Of a DNA stretch of 64,000 bases, positions 49,901 through 62,048 are shown one piece after another; positions within the stretch are counted from its first letter, which is position 1; every line of letters begins with the position of its first letter. The DNA lies in assembly GCA_977016875.1 (NCBI GenBank), contig CDRNST010000166.1, positions 2,418,001 through 2,482,000 of the forward strand. Direction: 5' to 3'. Origin of the DNA: Pavona decussata (Eukaryota). The position numbers and the translations under genes are program-made. Below the pieces are notes generated by a model. The model did not search any database. It had not been told where the DNA came from and saw nothing but the letters and a program-made list of their open reading frames with translations.

Positions 49901-51243
49901 CCATATGGGTACAGCTGATGTTTTAGCACAAAAATAACATCGTTTTAATACGTTGTCGTGTTTGATCGAAATTAATCTACAGACACCTAACAACTTCATG
50001 TGGACAATTATCATTTTATCAAAAAAAGAATTCACTGCATTCATAGATCTTTACGATGGCAAGAACAAGCTTTAACTGAAGCAGCCTTGGACATAGTTTG
50101 CCGTTGATCGACCAATTTGGCAAAATGCGTCGAAATTATCCTTCCCGAAATAAGAAATGGAACACTTTGCCACAGCAAAATTGCGACATTTGGGTAGCGT
50201 TTGAGACCTCAAAGCAACTGTCTTTTCTAGAGAATATTGGTAGGGCTATTCAGCTAAAGGAATGAATTTTTATGAAAACAGGGCATTAACTCATCACACC
50301 ATTCAGTTGAATTTGAAGCAACCCGTCTTTTCTTAGAGAAAAGTTTTAGACTGTTCAGCTTAATGATTGTAATCTCTATGAAAACAACCGTCTTTTCCTA
50401 GAAAATATTTGTCGGACTGTTCGGCTGAAAGACTAAAATCTTTATGGAAAGAAGGCATAAAGTCATAATTTTAAACCGATGACTCACAAGGCAATTTTAG
50501 ATATCGGCTATTAAATTCGCCTAGTGTGCCTGTTCCTTCGATTTTCTACGCTTATCGCTGCGAACCGCCAGTCAATCAGGATGGGCTTTTTTATCACATG
50601 TCTTTTCAAAATGGCGGTAGCAGCGATACGATGGAGCCTGGGAACAAGGTTGAAGTGCTTTATTGACATTCTTTGCGAACTTTTACGTCGCCATCAAGAT
50701 TTCTGTAAATGACGATCCGACGAAATAGAAAATGGAGCGACAATTTTCGATTGATAACGATGCAATGAAACACTTTTAGAAAAATTGTGGAAACTCAGTT
50801 AGACGCAGAAAGTAAATTTATTGTTAATATTTTAGAGAAGCTACTCAGTGTTCAATAAGTTAGGAAAGTATGTCATTTTTGTTTTCTTACTAACACCATT
50901 GGCAAAATACCAAGGGAGAAACCTCCCTTCGGAAACTTTGCCTTTCATATTTCAGGTTGAAGTTTTATTAATGGCTTTTAACTTACGTGTCTATGGCATT
51001 GCTATGACCATATATGGACACTGGCATAGCTCATGTCTCTCAAAACAACTGCGAGACAACCACAATGAACACGAATGAATCATTGAAATAAATTAAAAAG
51101 AAAGGTCTAGTCTGGGAAATGAAATGTTACTCTAAGAGTTCTACTGTAAGAAACGACTGAACATCTTTTTCTTTACCTTGTTTTTATCCACAGCTTACAA
51201 CAAATTAACACGAGAAAAAGGAACGTTTAAGTTTTATTGAAGT

Positions 51244-52126
51244 ATGGTTGGTAACGCTACTGAAGATCCTTCTTTGGAAAAGCTGGAAAAAGCGTGGAGA
51301 AAAGTTTTACTCACTGAATTTATTGTGATAGCTATAATCAACGCCTTCACAGTCGTCGCCTTTGCAAGAAATCGCCTTTTACGCAAGCGCACTACGTATC
51401 TGATAATAAACCTGACTGTGGCTGATTTACTGGTAGGAGCAGTGTCGGGACCAGTGGGAATATCCCCCCCATATTTCGATGAGAGACATGGTTTCAGCTG
51501 GCGAGAAGTCATCATTTTAACCTCGATCAACATATTCCCCGCAGCCTCTCAAGCCAACCTCTCGTTAATTTCTTTAGAGCGGTTGCACGCCACACTTTTC
51601 CCCTTTCGGCACTGCTCAATTGAGAAATGGCTTTACTTCAAAGTTATTATTGGCAGCTGGATGATAACTTTGCTTCTGGCATCCATGATGTCTGTTCTTA
51701 AAGAGCTCGATTTAGTTTTAATTGACTATCCACGTGCATGTTACACTTTTCTTACTCTTCTTATAATAACTGTTTGCAATATTATTATTACCATAAAATT
51801 CAAAAGTAATCCTCCTCCGCAGCATTCTAGTGCAGTTAGAAAGGAAATTGTCAGTAACCTTGAGCATAGTTACCGTCGTCTCTGTCTTGACTATTCTGCC
51901 CTTAGCTATTTGGATGATAATTGCACAATACATATTTAAACAAATATCTCTTGCAGCAGTCATTCAAATACACGATAGGTTACTGTTGTTACATTATGCC
52001 AATTCTATTGTCAATCCATTGATATATGCCTTAAGAATGCAGGAGTTTAGGAAAGCAGTTAAGCAGCTATGTAAGAGACCTTCAGCGACAAGGGATGCCC
52101 AACCCATTGAACTGCATGCTGTGTAG
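51244..52126 (+). pseudogene. Rhodopsin-class GPCR, copy 3, frameshifted
   Basis: 5-bp deletion (GCCTC) at 51837/51838 relative to copies 1 and 2 splits the CDS in ICL3. Both halves are otherwise open. Confidence 0.88.
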
Positions 52127-52709
52127 CACATGAGCACAAACATAAAAGCCGTAAAACAATGAACAAACTTTAACGATTACAAAAATCGATATTTGGTTTT
52201 TCCTGATATTTAAATCATTCCTTCTTACTTTGTGAGGCAAGTTTTTAACAAGTAAAAAAGTGCTCTTTTCAAATTTTGAATGAATCAGCTGTGCAGTGAC
52301 TATGTTTTCTTGGTACAACTTGTAAAACTTAAATATTAAATTTGTTTAAGGCGTTATTAGACAATCAATAGGAACAACTTCTGGAAAGTTTCATTGAATA
52401 AAGAATTATTGACGGCGTTGCTCTTGATCTATCTATTGTAGCTTGTATATGTAATTAAAAAAATCAAGATTCAGTTCAACGTGGTATTTCAGTTTTTATA
52501 AAAGTGTTGTAAAGGGTGTTCCTTTCATAATTTGTTGGAATCAACTGCGTAGTGACTGTTGTTTAGCTTTGTGCAAGTAAAACTTAAACCTTAAAGTTGC
52601 TGAATCTCATGAGCCGTTAGATCCTAGACTATTGGAGAGTAACAGCATTATAATTGAAAGTTTAAAGGAATATGCAAAGAAATTCAACAAAGCACAAACA
52701 CACTAGCTA

Positions 52710-53025
52710 AGAGTTTGGAGGTCTTGGACAGCACAAAAGGGCTTCGACCAAAATATTGAAAACTGTGAACCGGAGGCACTCAACAAAATTCTCGAGGATT
52801 TTCACGCAACAGTGCGTAGAAAAGATGAGAAAGACTATACGAGTATGAGAGTCTTCGTACTGCGATTGAACGTTACCTAAGAATGCAAGGTTACGAATAC
52901 TCCGGCCATAATTAGAGACCAAGAGTAGAAAAACTCGAAGCAAGTTCTTGAAGGTAAAGCTCGGCCAGCGTGATGACAAGGTAAGCTAAAGTCAAGCGGC
53001 TAAACAAGTCTTAATAGTCTGACAA
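52710..53025 (+). pseudogene. Old Crypton recombinase N-terminal fragment
   Basis: Across frameshifts it reads VWRSWTAQKGFDQNIENCEPEALNKILEDFHATVRRKDEKDY / ESLRTAIERYLRMQGYEYS / IIRDQE*KNSKQVLEGKAR, collinear with the protein at 21874. Confidence 0.7.
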
Positions 53026-53144
53026 ACACTAAATTAAACGAGCATAAATCCTGGAACAACCGGTTTGTTGACACCTGACTCAATATTTTGGCCTAGAACA
53101 TCCTGTTGAAGATTCCCATGTCGACTTGGACGAAAATACGAAAA

Positions 53145-53343
53145 TCCAATCGAAAATCCATCCAAACGGCCCGGAGCTAGTCCTCGAAGAAAATCAAAAT
53201 CCCACAGTATTCGAGCGACTGGAATGCGTAGCAAGATTCATACGTGCCAGCCACAAACCGTCCCGCTGATTGCCCCTTTCTGATTGGACGATTGTCTAAC
53301 AATCGTCCAATCAGGAAGGCGTTTGGATGGATTTTCGATTGGA
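53145..53343. repeat. 24-bp perfect inverted repeat enclosing a 16-bp-arm hairpin
   Basis: TCCAATCGAAAATCCATCCAAACG (53145-53168) and its reverse complement (53320-53343). CTGATTGGACGATTGT-cta-ACAATCGTCCAATCAG at 53280-53314. Confidence 0.85.
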
Positions 53344-54859
53344 AGGTACGAGAAGAATCGAAAATCTTTTGACCTTTATGCTGTGAAGTTTGAAAGCGGA
53401 GCGATGCGTTTTTTGGGGGGGGAAATCGCTCCGGCGCTGGGACCCTTTCAAAACAGTGATTCCTCCCTTCTCCTTTTTATTTATGAACAGTCAACGGCGA
53501 ACTCAAACTCCTTCAAAATCGCTCAGAAAACCGCTTTTGAGGTAAAAGGACGACTATATACCACAGATAAGGTAATTCAACGTTTATTTATCATTGCGGA
53601 TTTATATACATAGTTAGCGATATATCGCTATAGGTGAAGCAAACGGTAAATCCAGTGCATTTACTATATAATAACAATCGGCTACACAGACACATTGTGT
53701 GGGCCCCCTTTGATTACAACAGGTATGCTTGAGGTGAGATAGGTTATTTTACTGCAAAATGTAAGAAATCTAGTTTGGTTATAACTTTTATAGTCAAGTG
53801 TAAACAGAATTTAACATGAGGAAATTTTTTGTGTATTTTCTTCGAACTCTTGCAATGGTCACGCAAGTACTGGTTAACACATTTGAAATACCAGTTCAAA
53901 CGTCGGACCGGATCAACTCGGATCGCCTCGGATCATGAAAAAAACATAAAATTAAATGAAATTGAAACTTTTACCCATTTGAAGGTTAAAATTCCGGTCA
54001 AAAATGGGCCAAATTAAAAAAGACTCGCAAAGTTTCTCCATGTTGTGCACTTAGTGCCGCCATTTTACTTGCCGCCATTTTGTATTCTTAGTGCCAGTTC
54101 CTCTTGGACTCGTCTCGTGTTTATTCATCCCTGATACCCTGATACACCGCTAGAGTGAGTGATGACTAATGCCACAGAAAAATTCGTAAAGGCCGATTGT
54201 CGTGGCATGTTTTCCGATAACGCAACGTCACTAAACAGGAGTAACAAATTGCTCATGTCCTTAATGAAGCTGTACGAAACAGCGACATTTTCTACCTCAC
54301 AGTCGATAGCTAGGGTTAATGACATGTTTACGTTTTTATAACTAGAGTGTATTATCCGAGTTGTATTTACCTGCCGCTTCAATACCGCTGATATGAGATA
54401 ACATTCCATTTTGCCCGGCGCTTTGGCAAATTTTCGAGTAAGAAGGTTTCATCTAACGTGGTATTGCTCACTGAAGACAAAACTTCCATCACAAGAAACG
54501 TTGCAGTAATTTTCATCTTTTCTGTAGGAGTTCAACTAACCCGTGTAGTCTGTCTGTCTGCCTGTCAATAAACGACCTTTATGGTAGCTAATTTTACAGC
54601 ATTTTCTGAGTCTTTTTGTGTATTTTCTTCTATAGTAAAGAAAATGACATTGATTTAAAGCTGATTACAACGCGTTAAACTTGTTAAGAAAGATACAAGC
54701 TGAAAATAATTCCTAGATCCCAGGCGCTTGCTATCGGACGCCAACTGAATTCAAAAACCAATTGCTTTATTTGAGATTCCACATACTTTGAAACTAAACT
54801 CTTTTCTATTGCTTTTTCCAACCGGCCCTCGAACAATCTTGAGTGAATATGGCATTTAA

Positions 54860-55236
54860 AGGGGAAGTATCATGGGGGTTTTGATATCGTTCGTTACAAA
54901 TGGTGAATTAAGACCTTCAATCAGCTGCCAAATAATTCTAGAATGACGAGAGGAACGAAATCAACTCAATTCTTGAAAGAAACAACTTGTGATCTGTTCT
55001 AGCGCATTTTGGAAACAAAAATGCGACAACTTGAAAAACATTAGCCTAATATTTTTTAAGTTTCAATCCAAACCGGCCTACTCTGTCTCTAGCCAGAGGC
55101 ACTAATCGACAGTTTTGTTGCACTGGGGTGATAATTTTTAACAAACTTGACAATTACAGTGTATTTCGTTGTTTCTGCTGACAGTCAAACATTTTTAGGT
55201 TTTGAAATGACAGCAAATTTTCATGATACTTCCCCT
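54860..55236. mobile_element. Kolobok-like MITE
   Basis: TIR AGGGGAAGTATCATG / CATGATACTTCCCCT, flanked by TTAA on both sides. Confidence 0.8.
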
Positions 55237-55769
55237 TTAAACAAGAGGACAATGAATGTAGTTAATGAGGGGAGAAGGGGAAGCGGGGAAAATATTGTTC
55301 ACCGCATCTAAAGGAGGGTACCATGTGGTATAGGGACACAATACTCTGGTCTTAGAAGGAAAGCTGACTGATAAAACTTAACAAAAAAAGAGGAAATAAA
55401 ACCGCAATAATCTCAGCAATCTTTTTATCGCTGTGGCTACTTTAATTTGAACGAATTTTGGATCTCCTTCAGTCCACACATACCCTTGCATGTAAAAGGT
55501 ATTCAACAGTAATCCGAAGACAAGTATTTCCACACTACAGATGTCATTTAATGATAACTGCAGGTTTCTCATGCTCATAAGAAAAGCAAAGCAACATGCC
55601 GCGGTATCTCTAAGGCCTTTATTCGATTCACCGACGATGACGATAATGGCAATGATGATGATGATTTTAGAGCTTATCCAGGCATATCTGGGTTTCGCGA
55701 GCGCGAAAATGAGCAACGCTTAGTGCGGAATGCTAGTCACGCAGATTTTCTCCTTCTCGACCCCTTCCG

Positions 55770-56366
55770 ACTAAACTAGACAATATTTGTATTCACGAGA
55801 ACTGATGGGGATGGGGACTCAACGCCAGAACGTTGCAATATCATTGCTGACTGATTAACTTCCCCGATTCCCTGGTCATCTTTTGCCGTCTTCAGCCTAT
55901 GGACAGCCATTTCTTGCGTAACAGCGCAGTTTCTTTTGTTGCACCGTCAACGAAGACCGTAGACATCTCGACGGCGCGGGCAGATGGTCAGATTGTTATG
56001 CGACTCATCCTTTCAGAATATCAAATTACATCAATGTAAAGACTTTTGAGTCTTGGGCCATTGTAGCTTGATCAGAAATATCACAACTGTTTGTATTCCA
56101 TCAATGTAAGTTCAGTAAACTTAACTTCATATGTTCAATCAACAACATCAGATAATCGATAACTTTACTAGCATGCGCGCGCGAGGATTTACTACATTTC
56201 ACTGTTAGTTTTGTCGTCAGCAAACACGTTCCTGGCGTTGGGACCGGGATGACTGGAGATGTCTTTTTGACATTCACCCAAAGAAACGCAGGTTGCTGTA
56301 ATAGTACGAACTCTGACCGTAACCGGACTCGTCGTCTATCAAGGACGAAAATGAGTACGGAGCCAT
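55770..56366 (-). pseudogene. Decayed Cys/His-rich N-terminal domain, probably of a transposon protein
   Basis: MAPYSFSSLIDDESG / VSLGECQKDISSH...SEM**ILARA / DESHNNLTICPRRRDVYGLR*RCNKRNCAV. Family resemblance is from memory only. Confidence 0.35.
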
Positions 56367-56712
56367 AAATGCAGCCAAAAATATATAGACACTGGAAAAT
56401 ATGACATTGCGGAAGAAGAAATACATTTTCTAGTATCGAGCAAACAACTCCGAACCAAAAACGCACATTGCTATTTATAACCATTTTGCGTCATTGTTTA
56501 TAAATAGCAAGTTTAAAATAGCTATGTACACAGTGATGGCCATAATATGCAAACAACGGTTATTTTCTGGTGCTCTTCTATCCGGATCGGACTGAGAAGG
56601 GTGGACTATTGCTCGCATTAATAGGGATGGTTTATTAAATGCCTATTTTGCAGGCATTGGAACGGTAAGTGCTCGTTCAAATATATTATAGCCGTGTAGC
56701 TGTTGAAGATAA

Positions 56713-57603
56713 CCCGGCATAGTAAATCGAACGTTCGAAAATCGAACCCAATCGAACTCAATCGAACTCAATCCGTGGATTGAGTTCGATTGAGTTCGGC
56801 AATCGAACGAAATCGAACACCAGACTTTCAGTGAGTTCGATTTCCGAACAAATCGAATTCAATCGAACAAATCGAACTCAATCGAACTAAATCCATCTGA
56901 TTGTGTTCGATTGAGTTCGGTTTCCGAACTCAATCGAACACAATTTAATTGATTGAGTTCGATTGGCTCTGGTAAACCTACACAAAGCAAGCAAAAAGCA
57001 AGCCCATCAAAGCAGGTTTTTCTTGTACTTTGTTACAATTTTTCAATAACAGAAACCCCATTTATAAACTGTCCACGGCAGTTAAGAAAACAGAACAGAA
57101 CAGAACAAAGCTATCATTATTCCCGCGGGCGTATTCCGAAATTGTCGTACCCTTTCCTTTTTTAGCTAACTTACAATTGCTGAATGACAAATCGAAGGGT
57201 TAATTTTATGCAAAAATACAAGCAAATTACTAAAAAAATCCGCCATCCTTGACGTCAAAGCGGCATTCCTGGTAGCCTTTTTGCTACGCATTTGAAGCTT
57301 ACAATCCACAGCGCATCTGAATCCATTTCTGCGTAATTTCTTCGTTTACATAAAACACGTGCGCTACACTCCGGACTGAAGTAACTCGAGCTTCCAAGAT
57401 GGTTACGGATTTTCAATGTTTTCCTGTTTTACACAAATCACGAATTCGTTCGATTTGGTCCGATTGATTTTTTTTCTTTTCGGTGAGTTCGATTTTGTTC
57501 GATTGCCGAACTCAATCGAACTCAATCCACGGATTGAGTTCGATTGAGTTCGATTGAGTTCGATTGAAATTTAGTTCGATTGGGTTCGATTTACTATGCC
57601 GGG
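56713..57603. mobile_element. MITE with CCCGGC ends, 10-bp subterminal repeats and 6-bp TSD
   Basis: TIR CCCGGCATAGTAAATCGAAC / GTTCGATTTACTATGCCGGG; AGATAA at 56707-56712 and 57604-57609. Many AATCGAACTC units in both orientations. Confidence 0.85.
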
Positions 57604-58659
57604 AGATAATAATATGGCCAGCCTTGCACTAAAGTGAAAGTATGATTTTCTCTACCGGCTCTGATATCTCAGTTCTGTTTATGATATATAGTCTAGGACC
57701 TGCAAATTGAAAACACGGATACCTTGTTCTTCAGCTTTTAGAATTCTCGTCTTCGCTTGTCCAGCTCAATGTAGTGCCTGTCACGACATTTTATTGACAG
57801 TGAGGGTGAGATGCATCTTTGACAAACCTAGGATTTATAAAGACTGCAACTTTTGCGCAACTTTTCTGAACCAAAGGCGTGTTTCACGCAAGTCGATTAG
57901 TAATTTAATGAAACATTATCGTCTGTGGGGGGGTTCCAGATGCACTTTGATATAAAATATGGTTTCGTATCCTTCGCATTGTTGACGCTGGCGTACCGAG
58001 GAAAGCGTGACACAACACCTGAACTTTTCATTTTTTCGCATGCGATCAGTGATCACTTACTTGGAACGAAATTAATTTTTATAGGGATAAACTCATCAAC
58101 ACATGAGATTTGTTTCCGAATAACAACTTAGTTTTATTCCACAAGAAATGAAAACAATAAATTTATTTTAAACTTGTTAACTTGTACTCGCGTGACCACG
58201 GCCGTTTTTGAAAAAAAAAAATTAAAATTCCCTATGTGTTTACTTCCGTCAACGCTTGGATTTTAAATTACCCAAGCTGGATTTTTTATATACTGCAGTA
58301 CAAGTATAGAGCTTTCCTAAAGTACAATACTTGCTACAAATTTCGATGTATCAGGACAAGACATTTGTCCGCAAAGTTGCCACAATTTCAAGTGTTAACG
58401 AAAATGATGAAAATAGGAATCTTCGGACTTTGAACATTGCATGTAACTAAGAATCCTCCAGCAATATTTTGAGAAGACCGTATTCTCAGAAAGATTCCTA
58501 ACTTAACTTCAAAAGATGATTTTTATACGCCGAGCCGTCTTCTTTCCCGAGCGATTTGAAAATGCACCAAATCTCGTCAAAATTAAACGCCGGCTGCGAC
58601 GCGATCACGGTATTTCACATTATGCCGGAATTTTCGAAAACGAAAATTCTTTGGAAAGT

Positions 58660-58771
58660 TTCATTGTTATTTTCGTAAATAGTTCTCGAAAGGAATTCTC
58701 CTGACAAAATATGAGGAAATCTGAAATTTCAGTTTTGACCACGAGTTCTCGATATTCTTAGGCAGCCGCTC
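58660..58771. mobile_element. TTAA-flanked terminus of a Kolobok-like element (may extend left to ~57950)
   Basis: ...GATATTCTTAGGCAGCCGCTC|TTAA, homologous to 19148-19262. GPCR-unit homology restarts immediately after it. Confidence 0.5.
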
Positions 58772-60007
58772 TTAAATATTCCAGTAAAACTTCAGTCCAA
58801 GAAGTTCACTGTTAGTGAGACCGGAAGATGATCTAAGACGACCACTCAGTTGAGGCAGCGACTGACATATAACTATCGTGAATAAATAGAAATGAGTTCA
58901 AACAGTTGTCAAATCAAAAAGTGACCATTTTGCTTAAATAATGAAATATAAAGAAAGATGTATTGCACATGCCACGAAAGAAAGAACTATCTTCCTTCTC
59001 AACGCGCGTGAAACCCATCACGTTCCCGTTAATCGGTCGGTCGCTGACCACTGAGCTACAGGGTGACGTGGGAAGCTGAATCATTTTGTGCAAATTTCAA
59101 GGAAGGGAAGAAAAACTTTTAGAAAAGCAGCCGTTTCGCTCATAAGTTGTTTTACAACCAAGAGACTAAAACAAATCATGAGGCGATGTTCCTCTTTATT
59201 AATGCAGATGGCTAAATGACAAAAGAGTTGACAAAAGGTAGCGGCATGGTTTTAGCTCAATTTTTAATTAACTTTAGTTTAGCACCTGCCATTTTTAGTA
59301 ATTGCTTGTTTATACTTTAGACACGTTTCAGTGGGAAAGTTATGTGTGCCTCGATTGACAGTTCTCCAGTTAATTCAAGCAATTTATCTTTTGAATAGAA
59401 ATACCCGACAATGTTCAAAAAGTTTGGTTACAAAGAAGTCTGTATACCTGGCACACTTCATATTTAGTCATTTGTATTTCTATATGTTTACTGTTGACTA
59501 ACAGCTCATTCTCGTTTAGTTAGAGAGCGAGTGAGCGATGATTTGCACGAACTTTAATGCCCTCGCGATTAAAACATACACATAATGAATGATAAAAACA
59601 ACTAAAGAAGTTAGACAACCAATCAGATTTCTCCTTTCCCCTTATGCCATATAGGTACCACTGATGTTTTAGCACAAAAATAACATCGTTTTAATACGGT
59701 GTCATGTTTGATTAAAATTAATCTAAATACACCTAACAACTTCATGTGGACAATTACCGTTTTATCAAAACAAAAATTCACTGTATTCGTAGATCTTACG
59801 ATGGCAAGAATAAGCTTTAACTAGAGCAGCCTTGGACATAGTTTGGCGTTGATCGACTAATGGGGTAAAATGCGTCGCAAATATCGTAGACGAAACAAGA
59901 AATTGTACACTTCGCCAAAGCAAAATTGACACGTTTGGGTAGAGTTTGAGACTTTAAAGCAATCGTCTTTTCCTAGAGAACATTGGTAGGGCTATTCAGC
60001 TCAAGGA

Positions 60008-60091
<84 letters not shown>

Positions 60092-60092
60092 T
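60008..60092. repeat. (ATT)n microsatellite
   Basis: Perfect run; absent at paralogous ~50262. Confidence 0.95.
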
Positions 60093-61074
60093 TATGAAAA
60101 CAGGGCATTAAATCATCACACCATTCAATTAAATTTGAAGCAACCCGTCTTTTCCTAGATAATATTTTTGGGACTGTTTAGCTGAAGGACTGAAATCTTT
60201 ATAAAAACAAGGCATAAAATCATCATTTTATTGAAATTCATTGCGAATTTTTACGTCGCTATCAAGATTTCTGTAAATGAAGATCCAGCGAAATAGAAAA
60301 CGGAGCGACGATTTACGATTGATAACCATGCCAACAAACACTTTCAGGAAATATTTTGGGTAAAGTAAAATTATTGTTGATATTTTAGAGGAGCTACTGT
60401 TTAATAAGTTAGGATAGTATATAATTTTTTTTCGTACAGGCAGACCATCATTGGCAAAATACCAAAGAAAAACCTTTCGGAAACTGTGCCTTTCATCTTC
60501 CAAGTTGAAGTTGTATGCCCGGCCCATTCGAGAAACATTCATGATTTTTAACTTACGTGTTTATGGCATTGCTATGACCATTTTATGGACACTAGCATAG
60601 CTAGCACATCTCTTATAAAACATCTTAGAGATGTGTGTCTGATATATCAGTAAGACACACCATAGTTAATTGAAGGCAATGGTTACGAAACCTTACAAAC
60701 TTCTTTGTTACATGTTTTTATTGCCTTTTTGGCCTTGACCCTGCACAAACAACAATAGAATTTGGAATGTGTTGGAGCAACTGGCCAATCGAAATGTTTT
60801 TGTTAAGATATTCAACTTTGTTGTGAACGTTAAAACAAAGGATTTTGCAGGGTCGCAGCCCTTCCAACATAGACTGCAGCACCATTGTTTTCATGAGAAG
60901 GTTTCCTAACCAGTCCCTCAAGTAACTATGGACACACCGAATGCAGGAAAACAAACCGAAACAAAAGCATGAATTCTTGCAATAAATTAATAGAAACGTC
61001 TAGTTTAAAGGAAGTGAAAAATTATATTATTCCTAGAATTTTACTGTAAGAAACGGTCAAACATCTTTTTTTAA

Positions 61075-61082
61075 TTCTTCTT

Positions 61083-61112
<30 letters not shown>
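61075..61112. repeat. (TTC)n microsatellite at the putative 5'-UTR intron acceptor of GPCR copy 4
   Basis: Direct observation; followed by AG at 61113-61114. Confidence 0.85.
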
Positions 61113-61113
<1 letters not shown>

Positions 61114-61163
61114 GCTCGCAACGAATGAAAACGAGGACAAGGAAAGTTTAGTTTTATTGAAGC

Positions 61164-62048
61164 ATGGCTGTTAAAACTGCTGAGCATTCTTCTTCAGAAA
61201 AGTTGGAAAATACCTGGCCAAAAGTCTTTATCACTGAATTTATTGTGATAGCTATAATCAACGCTTTCACTCTCGTCGCCTTTGCAAGAAATTGCCACTT
61301 ACGCAAGCGCACTACGTATCTGATAATAAACCTGACTGTGGCTGTTTTACTGGTGGGAGCAGTGTCGGGACCAGTGGAGGCAATCGGCCGACATTTGGAT
61401 CATGGAAATGATTTCAGCTGGCAACAATTCATCATTTTAACTGCTAGCCTCATGTTTCCACTAGCTTCTCAAGCCAATCTTTCGTTAATTTCTTTGGAGC
61501 GGTTACACGCCACACTTTTCCCCTTTAGGCACTGTTTAATTGAGAAATGGCTTTACTTCAAAGTTATGATTGGCAGCTGGATGATAACTTTGCTTTTGGC
61601 ATTCATGATGTCTGTTCTTGAAATGTTCGAATTAGCTTTAAATTGGTATCTGTTTCTATGTTACACTTTTCTTACCCTTCTTATAATAACTGTTTCCAGT
61701 GTTATTATTACCATAAATGTCAAAAGTAACCCTCCTCCACAGCATTTTAGCGCAGTTGCTTCAGAAAGGAAATTGTCAGTAACCTTAAGCATAGTTACCG
61801 TGGTCTCTATCCTGACCATTCTGCCCTTATCTATTTGGATGGCAATTGAGGGTCACATATTCAGTCAAACGTCTTTTGCAGTTGTTCACATGCCAGCAAC
61901 GTTAGCGATGTTATATTGTGCCAATTCTATCGTCAATCCATTGATATATGCCATAAGAATGCAAGAGTTTAGAAAAGCTGTTAAGCAGCTTTGTAAGATG
62001 ACTGCAGGGATAAGGGGTGTCCAACCCATTGAACTCCATGCAATGTAG
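61164..62048 (+). CDS. Rhodopsin-class GPCR, copy 4
   Basis: 294 aa, intact. TM2 reads LTVAVLL instead of LTVADLL. Confidence 0.92.
   Translation: MAVKTAEHSSSEKLENTWPKVFITEFIVIAIINAFTLVAFARNCHLRKRTTYLIINLTVAVLLVGAVSGPVEAIGRHLDHGNDFSWQQFIILTASLMFPLASQANLSLISLERLHATLFPFRHCLIEKWLYFKVMIGSWMITLLLAFMMSVLEMFELALNWYLFLCYTFLTLLIITVSSVIITINVKSNPPPQHFSAVASERKLSVTLSIVTVVSILTILPLSIWMAIEGHIFSQTSFAVVHMPATLAMLYCANSIVNPLIYAIRMQEFRKAVKQLCKMTAGIRGVQPIELHAM

Noticed and set aside
60605-60935. Insertion upstream of GPCR copy 4 faintly resembling a Harbinger/ISL2EU transposase C-terminus
   Set aside because: Too degenerate to call without a search.
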